A stretch of 33,331 bases of DNA. Origin: Eubacteriales bacterium (GTDB lineage Bacteria; Bacillota; Clostridia; Oscillospirales; CAG-382). Shown piece after piece: positions 1 through 9,389 of this stretch; within the stretch, counting starts at the first letter, position 1; each line of letters starts with the position of its first letter. The translations under genes and the position numbers were made by a program. Under the pieces are notes generated by a model. That model did not search any database. It saw only the letters and a list, made by a program, of their open reading frames with translations, and was not told the DNA's origin. The stretch spans positions 1 through 33,331 of the forward strand of contig JAZTXY010000008.1 in assembly GCA_045636665.1 (NCBI GenBank). Reading direction: 5' to 3'.

Positions 1-1831
1 GGAAGAAACGGCTTTCACCGGGGTCGCCCTGACGTCCCGCACGGCCTCTTAACTGGTTATCGATACGTCTGCTTTCGTGTCTTTCGGTGCCGAGAATGAA
101 CAAACCGCCTGCTTCACGCACCTTGTCGGCTTCAACGCGAATATCCTTTTCAAATTCTTCCTTAAGCTCGGCAAAGCGCTTTCTTGCGTTAAGGATTTCT
201 TGGTCGTCGGTTTCGCCGAAATTGGTTGCCTCGTAAAGCATATAGTCGTCAAGACCTTCCTTGCGAAGCACGTCCTTTGCAAGAAATTCCGAGTTGCCGC
301 CAAGCATAATATCGGTACCTCTACCTGCCATATTGGTCGAAATGGTAACGGCACCGAGCTTACCTGCCTGCGCGATTATTTCTGCTTCCTTTTCGTGGAA
401 TTTAGCGTTCAACACGTTGTGGGGGATATTTCTTGCCTTTAATACCTTGGAAAGCTGTTCGCTCTTTTCAACCGAAACGGTACCGACAAGAACCGGCTGT
501 CCCTTTGCGCGGCATTCCTCGATTTGGCGAACGATCGCCTCGGTCTTGCCGCGTACGTTTTTATAAACGACGTCGTTATGGTCCTTTCTGACCATAGGAC
601 GGTTTGTGGGGATTTCGATAACGTCAAGACCGTAGATTTCGCGGAATTCGTCTTCTTCGGTCATAGCGGTACCGGTCATACCCGAAAGCTTTTTGTACAT
701 TCTGAAATAGTTTTGGAAGGTAACGGTTGCTTGGGTGCGGTTTTCGTTTTGAACCTCAACGCCTTCCTTTGCCTCAATTGCTTGATGCAAGCCGTTGGAG
801 AAGCGTCTGCTCGGCATAATACGGCCGGTGAAGGAGTCGATGATGATGACCTGACCGTCCTTTACGAGATAGTCGATATCTCTTTGCATAACGCCGCGAG
901 CGCGGATAGCGTTATTGAGGTAATGCATAAGCTCGTTGTTTTCGGCATCGCCTATATTTTCGATTCCGAAATATTTTTCAGCCTTTTCCAAGCCGACGGT
1001 GGAGAACATACAGCTTCTTGCCTTTTCGTCGACGATATAATCCTCCGAAATATCCTCGTCGCTCTTTTTGCTGTCAAATTCCTTGATGCGGTAGCATTTC
1101 AAGCGGCGCACGAACTCGTCCGCTTTTTTATACATATCGCTCGATTCGCCGCCTGCGCCCGAAATGATAAGAGGGGTACGGGCTTCGTCGATAAGGATAG
1201 AGTCAACCTCGTCGACGATGGCGAATTGGTGACCGCGCTGAACGACCTGCTTTTTGTAAACGACCATATTGTCGCGGAGGTAGTCGAATCCGAATTCGTT
1301 GTTTGTACCGTAGGTAATATCGGCATTATAAGCTTCCTGACGGGCCTTGGAATCGAGTCCCTGAATGATAAGACCGACCGAAAGTCCCAAATATTTGTAA
1401 ATGTTGCCCATCCATTCGCTGTCGCGCTTTGCAAGGTAATCGTTAACGGTAACGATATGTACGCCGTTGCCCGAAAGCGCGTTGAGGTATGCAGGCAGTG
1501 TTGCCATAAGGGTTTTACCTTCACCGGTCTTCATTTCCGCGATTCTGCCTTGATGCAAAACGATACCGCCGATAAGCTGAACGTGGTAATGGCGCTTGCC
1601 GAGAACTCTCCACGATGCTTCGCGTACTGTCGCGAACGCTTCGGGAAGGATATCGTCAAGCGTTTCGCCCTTTGCCAATCTGCCCTTAAGAAGCTCGGTT
1701 TGACCTTTAAGGGTTTCGTCGTCCATTGCCGAATATTTATCCGAAAGCGCTTCGATTTTATCCGCTATCGGTTCGATTTTTTTAAGCTGTTTATCACTGT
1801 AGGTGCCGAAAAGTTTTTTGAATAAGCCCAT
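1..1831 (-). CDS. secA: Preprotein translocase ATPase SecA (5' part; continues beyond window start)
   Basis: Manual minus-strand translation from ATG at 1831 (SD GGAG upstream) gives [29 protein letters not shown]. Near position 1 the same frame reads [31 protein letters not shown], the SecA helicase motif VI region. It is absent from the ORF track because there is no stop in the window. Confidence 0.97.
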   Translation of the reverse strand, partial: MGLFKKLFGTYSDKQLKKIEPIADKIEALSDKYSAMDDETLKGQTELLKGRLAKGETLDDILPEAFATVREASWRVLGKRHYHVQLIGGIVLHQGRIAEMKTGEGKTLMATLPAYLNALSGNGVHIVTVNDYLAKRDSEWMGNIYKYLGLSVGLIIQGLDSKARQEAYNADITYGTNNEFGFDYLRDNMVVYKKQVVQRGHQFAIVDEVDSILIDEARTPLIISGAGGESSDMYKKADEFVRRLKCYRIKEFDSKKSDEDISEDYIVDEKARSCMFSTVGLEKAEKYFGIENIGDAENNELMHYLNNAIRARGVMQRDIDYLVKDGQVIIIDSFTGRIMPSRRFSNGLHQAIEAKEGVEVQNENRTQATVTFQNYFRMYKKLSGMTGTAMTEEDEFREIYGLDVIEIPTNRPMVRKDHNDVVYKNVRGKTEAIVRQIEECRAKGQPVLVGTVSVEKSEQLSKVLKARNIPHNVLNAKFHEKEAEIIAQAGKLGAVTISTNMAGRGTDIMLGGNSEFLAKDVLRKEGLDDYMLYEATNFGETDDQEILNARKRFAELKEEFEKDIRVEADKVREAGGLFILGTERHESRRIDNQLRGRAGRQGDPGESRFF

Positions 1832-1934
1832 TGTTTGCTCCTTTCCCACTGCATATAGCTTGTGGGAGATATAATTATACAAAGTATATAATATCACAAA
1901 AATATTAAAAAGTACATAGTTATTTGTAAAATTA

Positions 1935-1963
1935 TTGCAATCTCGTTTAAAAAGGTGTATAAT
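1935..1963 (+). promoter_or_regulatory. sigmaA-type promoter for mnmE-mnmG-rsmG
   Basis: TTGCAA (1935-1940), 17 bp, TATAAT (1958-1963), 40 bp upstream of the mnmE ATG. Confidence 0.7.
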
Positions 1964-2002
1964 AAAACGAATTATTATGCAAACACAAAAAGGAAATGCG
2001 AA

Positions 2003-3364
2003 ATGAGTACGATTGCGGCTGTCGGCACGCCCCACGGCAAGGGCGGCGTTGCGATGATAAGAATAAGCGGTGAAAACGCCTTTTCGGTCGCCGAAAGGAT
2101 TTTTGTCCCTGCGAATAAGGAACGCTTTGCGAAAAGAAAAAGCGGTTGCACCTATTACGGCTCGTTTGCCGATGAAGGCGGTGTTTTCGATGACGGCCTT
2201 TGCATTCTTTTCGCGTCACCTGCTTCGTTTACGGGTGAAGACGTTGCCGAGCTTTACTGCCACGGCGGTATACTCGTTACGCAAAAGCTATTATCCGCCG
2301 CATTGAAAAACGGCGCCACGATTGCAGGTCCTGGCGAATTTACTCGCCGCGCTTTCATCAACGGAAAAATAACGCTTACCCAAGCCGAGGCAATAGGCGG
2401 AATTATCGATTCGAAAAGCGAAAAGCATTTGTCGGTTTCGGCAAGGCAGGCAAACGGCTCGTTAAGCCGTGCGCTCGATTCGGTTTATACCGATTTGCGT
2501 CTGCTTGCCGCATCGGTTTACGCGTTTATTGATTATCCCGACGAGGATATGACCGACGTTTCGATCGAGGAAATGCGCGAGCGCTTGACCGATTGCAAAA
2601 AACGGCTTGACCGCCTTGCGGGAAGCCATACCTACGGACGTGCGATAAGCGAGGGCGTTATTACCGCCATCGTCGGCAAGCCGAACACGGGTAAAAGCTC
2701 GCTCCTTAACGCGCTTTGCGGTGAGGAAAGGGCAATCGTTACCGACGTTGCAGGTACCACGCGTGACGTTGTTACCGAAACGGTTCGCTTGGGCGATTTG
2801 ATATTGCGTCTTTCGGATACGGCAGGTATCCGCGAAAGCGACGATAAGGTCGAAATGATAGGTATCGAGCGCAGTAAAAAGGCAATCGAGGAAGCCGAGC
2901 TTATACTTGCGGTGTTCGATATGTCGCGACCGCTTGACGATGATGATAAGCGAATAGTCGACGCGATTATTTCAAGCGGCAAGGAAGCAAAAACCGTTTG
3001 TATTTTGAATAAAATCGATATTGCCGATGATTTGAATATTAAGCTTCCCTTTGAAAAAACTCTTACTGCAAGTGCAAAGAGCGGAGAGGGAATCGAGGGG
3101 CTTGTCAACACCGTGTCATTGATGTTCGGCGCAGGTGAGATAGGCGAAAACGATGAAATCGTTGTTAATGCGCGTCAGTGCGCCGCGGTTGTCAACGCCT
3201 CGAACGCAATTCAAAACGCAATCGATGCGCTTGATTCATTCACTCAGGATATTGCGGGAATGGATATCGAGGTTGCGCTTTCGGCAATTGCCGAAGCAGA
3301 CGGCAGAAGCGTTTCGGAGGATATCGTTAACGAGATATTCTCGCACTTCTGTGTCGGAAAATAA
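2003..3364 (+). CDS. mnmE: tRNA uridine-34 modification GTPase MnmE (TrmE)
   Basis: N-terminal [49 protein letters not shown]1 [25 protein letters not shown]-terminal FSHFCVGK. Start taken at ATG 2003 (AAGGA upstream). Confidence 0.97.
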   Translation: MSTIAAVGTPHGKGGVAMIRISGENAFSVAERIFVPANKERFAKRKSGCTYYGSFADEGGVFDDGLCILFASPASFTGEDVAELYCHGGILVTQKLLSAALKNGATIAGPGEFTRRAFINGKITLTQAEAIGGIIDSKSEKHLSVSARQANGSLSRALDSVYTDLRLLAASVYAFIDYPDEDMTDVSIEEMRERLTDCKKRLDRLAGSHTYGRAISEGVITAIVGKPNTGKSSLLNALCGEERAIVTDVAGTTRDVVTETVRLGDLILRLSDTAGIRESDDKVEMIGIERSKKAIEEAELILAVFDMSRPLDDDDKRIVDAIISSGKEAKTVCILNKIDIADDLNIKLPFEKTLTASAKSGEGIEGLVNTVSLMFGAGEIGENDEIVVNARQCAAVVNASNAIQNAIDALDSFTQDIAGMDIEVALSAIAEADGRSVSEDIVNEIFSHFCVGK

Positions 3365-3403
3365 AAATTAAAAGGATTCGCCAATTATCAGGCGTTAACG
3401 ATT

Positions 3404-5275
3404 ATGATAAAATACGAAGCACAAAAAATCGACGTTGCCGTTATCGGCGCAGGACACGCTGGTCTTGAGGCGGCGCTTGCCTCGGCAAGAATGGGCGCAA
3501 GCACCGTTTTGTTTACCCTTACGCTCGACCTTGTAGGCAATATGCCCTGTAATCCGTCAATCGGCGGAACGGGTAAGGGTCACCTTGTTTTTGAAATAGA
3601 TGCCTTGGGCGGCGAAATGGGACGCGCGGCAAATGCCGTTATGCTTCAAAGCCGTATGCTTAACGCGTCGAAAGGCCCTGCCGTGCGCTCTTTAAGAATG
3701 CAGTCCGACCGCGTTAGATACCGCGATTATATGAAGCAAATCGTCGAAAAGACCGAAAATCTGCTTCTCAAGCAGTGTGAGGTCGTTTCGGTCGAAACCG
3801 ATGAAAACGGCGTTACGGGTGTAACCACCTCGTTCGGTGCGTTTTATCCCGCAAAATGCGTTATTATCGCAACGGGCACCTCGCTCGGCGGAAGAATCAT
3901 CGTCGGTGAGGAGGCTTATGAATCGGGTCCCGACAACACGCTTCCCGCAAAGCGCTTGGTTGATTCGCTTATTAATGCAGGGGTTAAGCTGACACGCTTC
4001 AAGACAGGCACACCGCCCAGAATACATGCCGATTCTATCGATTATTCCAAGCTCGAGCGTCAAGACGGCGATGACGAGCCGACGATGTTCGGCTTTGCCG
4101 AAAGCAAAAGAAATCTTTTGCCCTGCTATATTGCCTATACCAACGAAAACACGCATAACATAATCCGTGAAAATCTTCACCGCTCGCCCTTGTTTTCGGG
4201 CGTTATCCACGGTACGGGGCCGAGATATTGCCCGAGTATCGAGGATAAGGTGGTTCGTTTTTCGGATAAGGAAAGACACCAAATCTTCGTCGAGCCGATG
4301 GGCACCGACACCAAAGAAGTGTATTTGCAAGGACTTTCAAGCTCGCTTCCCGAGGAGGTTCAGCTTCAGCTTATCCATTCCATCGAGGGACTTGAAAACG
4401 CAGAATTTATGCGTACCGCTTATGCGATCGAATATGATTGCTGTGATCCGCTTCAATTGACGAATACTCTTGAATTCCGCGAAATCAACGGGCTTTTCGG
4501 CGCAGGACAGTTTAACGGAAGCTCGGGCTATGAGGAGGCGGTGGCTCAAGGTCTTATCGCAGGCATCAATGCCGCGCTTAAGGTTCAAGGTAAGGAGCCG
4601 TTTACACTTTTGCGAAGCGAAAGCTATATCGGCACGCTTATCGATGACCTTGTAACAAAGGGCACTAACGAGCCGTACCGTATTATGACCTCGAGAAGCG
4701 AATACCGTTTGCTTCTCCGTCAGGACAATTCCCAAACACGTCTTTTGCCCAAGGGCTATGAGGTTGGACTTGTAAGTCAGGAGCGTTACGATAAATTCCT
4801 TGCCGATGAAAAGGCGCTTGAGGAATTGATATATTCGCTTGAGCACGAAAGCATTAAGGGCGGAAGCCGACTTGACGACCTTCTTGAAGCTCGCGGATAT
4901 GCGCGCACCGGCGCAGGTATCGTTAAGGCAGAGCTTTTAAAGCGTCCCGAAATCACTATTAACGATATTCTTGAGCTTTCGGATTGCGAAAATATATACG
5001 ATAAAAATCTGTTAAGCCGCGCAGAAACCGAAATAAAATATTCGGGATACATAAAGCGTCAGCTTGCCGAGGTCGAAAGATTCTCGAAGCTTGAGGAAAA
5101 ACAGCTTCCTAACGATATTGATTATACTTCTATCCGCGGACTCCGTATCGAAGCGGCGCAAAAGCTTCAAAAGCTTCGTCCCGAAAACGTCGGTCGCGCG
5201 TCGCGCATAAGCGGTGTTTCGCCTGCCGATATTTCGGTGCTTCTTATTTATCTTGCACAGGGTGGTAAACAATGA
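3404..5275 (+). CDS. mnmG: tRNA uridine 5-carboxymethylaminomethyl modification enzyme MnmG (GidA)
   Basis: FAD motif VIGAGHAGLEAA, MPCNPSIGG, RFKTGTPPR, GPRYCPSIEDK, GQFNGSSGYEEA, EPYRIMTSRSEYRL, ASRISGVSPAD. Confidence 0.98.
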   Translation: MIKYEAQKIDVAVIGAGHAGLEAALASARMGASTVLFTLTLDLVGNMPCNPSIGGTGKGHLVFEIDALGGEMGRAANAVMLQSRMLNASKGPAVRSLRMQSDRVRYRDYMKQIVEKTENLLLKQCEVVSVETDENGVTGVTTSFGAFYPAKCVIIATGTSLGGRIIVGEEAYESGPDNTLPAKRLVDSLINAGVKLTRFKTGTPPRIHADSIDYSKLERQDGDDEPTMFGFAESKRNLLPCYIAYTNENTHNIIRENLHRSPLFSGVIHGTGPRYCPSIEDKVVRFSDKERHQIFVEPMGTDTKEVYLQGLSSSLPEEVQLQLIHSIEGLENAEFMRTAYAIEYDCCDPLQLTNTLEFREINGLFGAGQFNGSSGYEEAVAQGLIAGINAALKVQGKEPFTLLRSESYIGTLIDDLVTKGTNEPYRIMTSRSEYRLLLRQDNSQTRLLPKGYEVGLVSQERYDKFLADEKALEELIYSLEHESIKGGSRLDDLLEARGYARTGAGIVKAELLKRPEITINDILELSDCENIYDKNLLSRAETEIKYSGYIKRQLAEVERFSKLEEKQLPNDIDYTSIRGLRIEAAQKLQKLRPENVGRASRISGVSPADISVLLIYLAQGGKQ

Positions 5276-5973
5276 GCTTTTCGGAAATAACAAAAAAATA
5301 CCGCGATTCGCTTACCGATAACGAATGTTCATCGCTTGACATAATTGGTAACGAATTGGTCAATACAAACGCGGTGATGAACCTTACCGCGCTTACCGAC
5401 GAAAAGGGTGTCGGCTTGCTTCACTTTTGGGATTCGCTGACGCTTATCGACACGGGACTTTTTAAAAACAAGCGAGTTATCGACGTCGGCTGCGGCGGTG
5501 GTTTTCCGTCGCTTCCGCTTGCGCTTTGTGCAAGTGATTGCGTTATCGTTTCAAACGATGCGACCGCAAAAAAGCTGACTTACGTTGCGGAAACCGCGAA
5601 AAAAGCGGGTATTAACAACCTTCAAACGCTTTGCGGTAGAGCCGAGGAGCTGTCGGTTTTGCCCGAGCACCGCGAAAAATACGATATCGCCGTAGCGCGC
5701 GGTGTTGCAAGATTGAACGTGCTTTGCGAGTGGTGTATGCCTTTCGTTAAAAACGGCGGATATTTTGTTGCGATGAAGGGCGAAAAGGGACGTGAGGAAG
5801 CCGAGGAAGCGAAAAAGGCGATTTCGGTGCTTGGCGGCGAGTTGGTTGACATAATTGATGTTGTCATTCCCGAATTCGAATATCTTCACACGCTTGTTAT
5901 TATTAAGAAAACAAAAAACACACCCAAGAATTATCCCCGAAGAAACAGTCAGATACAGAAAAAGCCTTTATAA
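5272..5973 (+). CDS. rsmG: 16S rRNA m7G527 methyltransferase RsmG (GidB)
   Basis: MNLTA, HFWDSL, SAM motif DVGCGGGFP, GRAEE, ARGVA, C-terminal TPKNYPRR. Overlaps the mnmG stop by 4 bp. Confidence 0.95.
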   Translation: MSFSEITKKYRDSLTDNECSSLDIIGNELVNTNAVMNLTALTDEKGVGLLHFWDSLTLIDTGLFKNKRVIDVGCGGGFPSLPLALCASDCVIVSNDATAKKLTYVAETAKKAGINNLQTLCGRAEELSVLPEHREKYDIAVARGVARLNVLCEWCMPFVKNGGYFVAMKGEKGREEAEEAKKAISVLGGELVDIIDVVIPEFEYLHTLVIIKKTKNTPKNYPRRNSQIQKKPL

Positions 5974-6004
5974 AAAATAAGTGTGCGCGAAAGGAAAAAA
6001 AGCC

Positions 6005-7282
6005 ATGAAAAAAACGCTGATGTCCACAGTATTACTTATCGCTTTGCTTCTGTCGACTTTTTTGGCTGTATATGCCGAAGATTATCCGTTGGGGGATGCA
6101 AATCTCAGCGGCACCGTTGATAAATACGATTATATTATCGTAAAGCGCGTTGTTATGAGCAGCTCCTTTACTCTTAACGAAGAGCAATTTGCAAATGCTG
6201 ACGCAAATCAAAACGGCGAGGTTGAAAAATACGACTATATACTTATTAAACGACACGTTATGGGGACTTACGAGATACAACGTGTTGACCCTACGCTGAA
6301 ATTGACTCAGAAAAAGACCGTAAAAACCGAAAACTTCACGAATATGTCGGTTTTTTCAAGCTTCCTTAAGGATTCCGAACGGTTTGCGATAGTTCCTGGG
6401 CTTTCCGAAAACGTTGTACCGCAGGGTATCGGCAGAAACCCCGAAACGGGTTATACCTATATCTCGTCTTATTTCGATGAATCGGGCAAGGCATCGGTGA
6501 TTTCGGTGCTCGACGAAAAGGGCAGATTCGTTGCCGAATACCACGTTTACAACAAAAACGGCACACCCTTTACCGGACATATGGGCGGTATTTGCGTTAC
6601 CGAGGATTACCTTTACTTTTCGGGCCCCAATGCAGGTAATTATTATTCGGTTGCGGAATTTGCGCTTAAGAACCTTCCCTTGACCGGCTCGCACGATATT
6701 GTTATCGATACGACGGTTACGCTTCCGATACATTCAAGCTATCTCTTCTATGATTCGGGAATACTTTGGGTTGGTACCTTCTATCTTGCAGGCTCTTACG
6801 ATTTGGGTAAGCATTTTAACTTCAAGACCCAAAACGCAGACGGAACGCAGTACGGCGGTTATGCCGCGGCGTTTGTGCTTGACGGCGAGGAAAAGCGTCT
6901 CACCGTTAAATCGGGCGAAAATTATGCAGTTCCTTCGTTCGTTCTCGCAACACCCGATAAGGTGCAGGGCTTTGCATATAATGATGGCAAGGTTTGTTTA
7001 AGCAAATCCTATGGCAGAAACAACGATTCCACGCTTGAATATTTTGAAATCGATATGGCAAAGGCGGATAAAACGATCACGGTTGACGGAAAAACCTACC
7101 CCATGACCGTGCTTGACCGCTTAAACCGCACCAAAACCGTTACCGCAATGTGTATGACCGAGGGCATTACGCTTGATGCGAACGGAAGGATTATGGTTCT
7201 TTTCGAATCGGCGGCGAAGAAATATTACAACTCCAAAAACCCCACCGATTATATTTGGACAACCGAATTTTACGGAAAATAA
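6005..7282 (+). CDS. Secreted protein with N-terminal dockerin (duplicated Ca-binding repeat) and a probable beta-propeller-like C-terminal domain
   Basis: Signal peptide MKKTLMSTVLLIALLLSTFLAVYA; two dockerin-type repeats GDANLSGTVDKYDYIIVKRVVM and ADANQNGEVEKYDYILIKRHVMG; repeated short beta-rich segments (VPQG, HMGGI, KVQG, MTEGI). The propeller fold is inference. Confidence 0.8.
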   Translation: MKKTLMSTVLLIALLLSTFLAVYAEDYPLGDANLSGTVDKYDYIIVKRVVMSSSFTLNEEQFANADANQNGEVEKYDYILIKRHVMGTYEIQRVDPTLKLTQKKTVKTENFTNMSVFSSFLKDSERFAIVPGLSENVVPQGIGRNPETGYTYISSYFDESGKASVISVLDEKGRFVAEYHVYNKNGTPFTGHMGGICVTEDYLYFSGPNAGNYYSVAEFALKNLPLTGSHDIVIDTTVTLPIHSSYLFYDSGILWVGTFYLAGSYDLGKHFNFKTQNADGTQYGGYAAAFVLDGEEKRLTVKSGENYAVPSFVLATPDKVQGFAYNDGKVCLSKSYGRNNDSTLEYFEIDMAKADKTITVDGKTYPMTVLDRLNRTKTVTAMCMTEGITLDANGRIMVLFESAAKKYYNSKNPTDYIWTTEFYGK

Positions 7283-7285
7283 AGG

Positions 7286-7312
7286 AAAAAACGGCGCGTT
7301 TGCGCCGTTTTT
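7286..7312. terminator. Bidirectional intrinsic terminator
   Basis: AAAAAACGGCGC-GTTT-GCGCCGTTTTT between convergent genes. Confidence 0.85.
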
Positions 7313-7313
7313 G

Positions 7314-7562
7314 TTATGAATCGCTTGATAAAAGCTCGTCGTAGGAAATCTCGAAGACCTTGCAAAAATAATTCAGTTCAATATCGGTGACAAAGCGTTT
7401 TCCCGCTTCGATACGCTGAATCGCATTTTTGTCAACGTCAAGTCCGAGTATTTGTAATTTGTCTGCCAGTATTCTTTGGGAAATGCCGAGTTTGTTGCGG
7501 TATTTTGCAACGTTTTTGCCGCACAGATTGTTTTTGCCGTCGTTTGTTTTGTTAATAAACAT
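7314..7562 (-). CDS. XRE-family helix-turn-helix transcriptional regulator
   Basis: VAKYRNKLGISQRILADKLQILGLDVDKNAIQRIEAGKRFVTDIEL fits the HTH_3 pattern; SD AGGAG upstream of ATG 7562. Confidence 0.88.
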   Translation of the reverse strand: MFINKTNDGKNNLCGKNVAKYRNKLGISQRILADKLQILGLDVDKNAIQRIEAGKRFVTDIELNYFCKVFEISYDELLSSDS

Positions 7563-7579
7563 ATTAACTCCTAAAATAA

Positions 7580-7651
7580 TGACATTCAGTGATTGACACA
7601 TATATTATTGTATGATATAATCACTCTATGAGTGACATTTACTGAATGTCA
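7580..7651 (+). promoter_or_regulatory. Perfect-consensus sigmaA promoter with flanking inverted repeats (candidate XRE operators)
   Basis: TTGACA (7593-7598), 17 bp, TG-n-TATAAT (7616-7621). TGACATTCAGT (7580-7590) is the reverse complement of ACTGAATGTCA (7641-7651). Palindrome TCACTC-TAT-GAGTGA at 7621-7635. Confidence 0.75.
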
Positions 7652-7670
7652 GTGCTTTAGGAGTTTTAAA

Positions 7671-7880
7671 ATGAGAAAGACCTTTATTTACAATGAAGAC
7701 GTTAAAAAATCGGCTTTTACGATTATGATGCTTCAAGCAATGGGCTTGAAGCTTGTCGATTCGACCGAGGTCGGGTTTGATAATTTTGAAAATTCCGACG
7801 GAGAAACGCAAAACGAATCCAAATACATACGTCTTGCATTTCAACGCGAAAATACCGAAAAAAGCTTCCTCTTTTGGTGA
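7671..7880 (+). CDS. Small hypothetical protein (69 aa), divergent from the XRE gene
   Basis: SD AGGAG 7 bp before ATG 7671, consensus promoter upstream, terminator-like hairpin downstream; no recognisable family. Confidence 0.65.
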   Translation: MRKTFIYNEDVKKSAFTIMMLQAMGLKLVDSTEVGFDNFENSDGETQNESKYIRLAFQRENTEKSFLFW

Positions 7881-7960
7881 CTAAAAAACAAAGCCGTACT
7901 GTTTGGTTGTTCTCTAAAAGATAGTGTTCGAAACCCAAAAATATGTTGCTTACCAACAGG

Positions 7961-7999
7961 AAAAGGACGAAGAATTGTTAAAATTCCTCGTCCTTTTTT
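7961..7999 (+). terminator. Terminator-like hairpin after the small ORF
   Basis: AAAAGGACGAAGAATT-GTTAA-AATTCCTCGTCCTTTTTT, an imperfect stem followed by a T-run. Confidence 0.6.
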
Positions 8000-8040
8000 C
8001 TTGACAAGCACTGCATTTGTGTGCGCAAATGCTATTTTTA

Positions 8041-8229
8041 GTTATGAGTTATAAGGCTCGCTTTTGCTCGCCGTTATGAGTTTGCTTCGCAAACGTTAGA
8101 TATGATCGCCCGCTTGTTTTCAAGCTGTGCCAAAGGCACACCATAACTTGGCGTAGCCAATCATAACTCATTACTCATAACTTGCCGTAGGCAATCATAG
8201 TTGGCGCAGTTCCCTTAAGGGAACTCGCC
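8041..8229. repeat. Intergenic array of GTTATGA/TCATAAC heptamer linkers interleaved with mini-hairpins (REP/REPIN-like)
   Basis: GTTATGA at 8041 and 8073; inverse (T/C)CATAAC at 8141, 8161, 8175. Hairpins GTTTGC-TTC-GCAAAC (8080-8094), TGTGCC-AAA-GGCACA (8126-8140), TTGGC-GTA-GCCAA (8148-8160), TTGCC-GTA-GGCAA (8182-8194). Perfect palindrome AGTTCCCTTAAGGGAACT (8208-8225). Confidence 0.75.
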
Positions 8230-8257
8230 TTTGGTACGGCTTTGCTTTCACTTTTGA

Positions 8258-9169
8258 TTATTTGAATTGGTTGTTGTTCTTGTTACGCTTTTTGCGTTTT
8301 ACGAGCTTGACTATTATGATAACGATTGCCGCGACAGCGCCGAGTAACAAAAGTGCAGGGAATACGGCAACGATGAATATCGCAAAATATTCGAAGAACG
8401 TGCCCATACCCTCCCAGCTGGCAACGAAGGTATCGGAAAGCTTATCGCCAAAGGTCTTTCCCTCGGTCGTCGTTTCGGTGTATTCCAAAACCTCGGTGAT
8501 CGAAAGACCGACGGTGGAGTAGGTAACCTTGTTGTCATAAACGTTGAGCTTTGATTTAAGCGATTCGATTTCGGAAATTACTTGGAAAAGCTCGTTTTGA
8601 TAGGCAACAATATCGTCAACTCTATTTGCGGATTCGAGAAGCGCTTCGAGAGAGCTCTTTTTAATTTCAAGAGTTTTGATACGCGATTGGATGTCGTAAT
8701 AGTTAAGCGTTACGTCCTTTGTGTTTTCGGAATAGGAGGTAACGTTAAGCATAGATTTGAGCGATTCAACGTAGCTATCGAGCTTATCCGCAGGGACACG
8801 GAGAACGTATATCGCCTTTTTCGGGGTCTTGCTTCCGTTGTAAAGACTTTCACCGCCCGTTATTTCGGAGGTTTCAACGTAACCGCCTGCCGCTTTTAAC
8901 TGACTTTTAACGGCTTCGTTTGCGTTGGTGAAATTTTTGGTTTCACCGTAGATTTTTATTGTGCGGAGTATTTTTGTATTTGTGTTTACGGTTGTATATT
9001 CAACCTCGTCAACTTTTTCGGGTTCGGTGTCAATATTTTCTCCGACGTTTTCATTCGGGGTATCCGTTCCCACAGAGTCGCCGCTCTCTGCGCCGCAGGC
9101 GGAAAGGAGCAACACACAACAAGTGAACAGTAACAATAAAAGAAGCTTAAAATCAAACGGTCTTTTCAT
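8258..9169 (-). CDS. DUF4349-like lipoprotein with C-terminal membrane helix
   Basis: Lipobox LLSAC; AAGGYVETSEI...LRVPADKLDSYV...DVTLNYYDIQSRIKTLE...VTYSTVGLSITE pattern followed by a coiled coil and TM segment; SD GAGGTG upstream of ATG 9169. Confidence 0.8.
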   Translation of the reverse strand: MKRPFDFKLLLLLLFTCCVLLLSACGAESGDSVGTDTPNENVGENIDTEPEKVDEVEYTTVNTNTKILRTIKIYGETKNFTNANEAVKSQLKAAGGYVETSEITGGESLYNGSKTPKKAIYVLRVPADKLDSYVESLKSMLNVTSYSENTKDVTLNYYDIQSRIKTLEIKKSSLEALLESANRVDDIVAYQNELFQVISEIESLKSKLNVYDNKVTYSTVGLSITEVLEYTETTTEGKTFGDKLSDTFVASWEGMGTFFEYFAIFIVAVFPALLLLGAVAAIVIIIVKLVKRKKRNKNNNQFK

Positions 9170-9228
9170 TATTAAAATGCACCTCATCTTTCCTGCAAAG
9201 CGGAAAACTTGCTTTGCTTTGTGATTTT

Positions 9229-9257
9229 ATTTTACCATATTAATGCGGTTGTGTCAA
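9229..9257 (-). promoter_or_regulatory. sigmaA promoter for the DUF4349-like gene
   Basis: Minus strand TTGACA, 17 bp, TG-n-TAAAAT. Confidence 0.7.
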
Positions 9258-9310
9258 TTTGGCTTTTGGGATATTTTGTAAACAAACATCGGATTATTCT
9301 TAAATTATGG

Positions 9311-9339
9311 TTGATTATCCGCGAAAAATGTATTATAAT
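9311..9339 (+). promoter_or_regulatory. sigmaA promoter for the HdeD-like/alarmone synthetase pair
   Basis: TTGATT (9311-9316), 17 bp, TATAAT (9334-9339). Confidence 0.65.
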
Positions 9340-9389
9340 GTTAACACGGTATTAAAAATAATAACAGAGAAAGAAACGAGGTAAAAAGT

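Noticed and set aside
524..1825. 433-aa plus-strand ORF (and 77..442)
   Set aside because: Antisense shadow of secA, which is clearly encoded on the minus strand; no recognisable motifs or RBS.
1832..2002. oriC in the AT-rich gap next to mnmE/gidA
   Set aside because: No TTATCCACA-type DnaA box cluster; the AT-richness is explained by divergent promoters.
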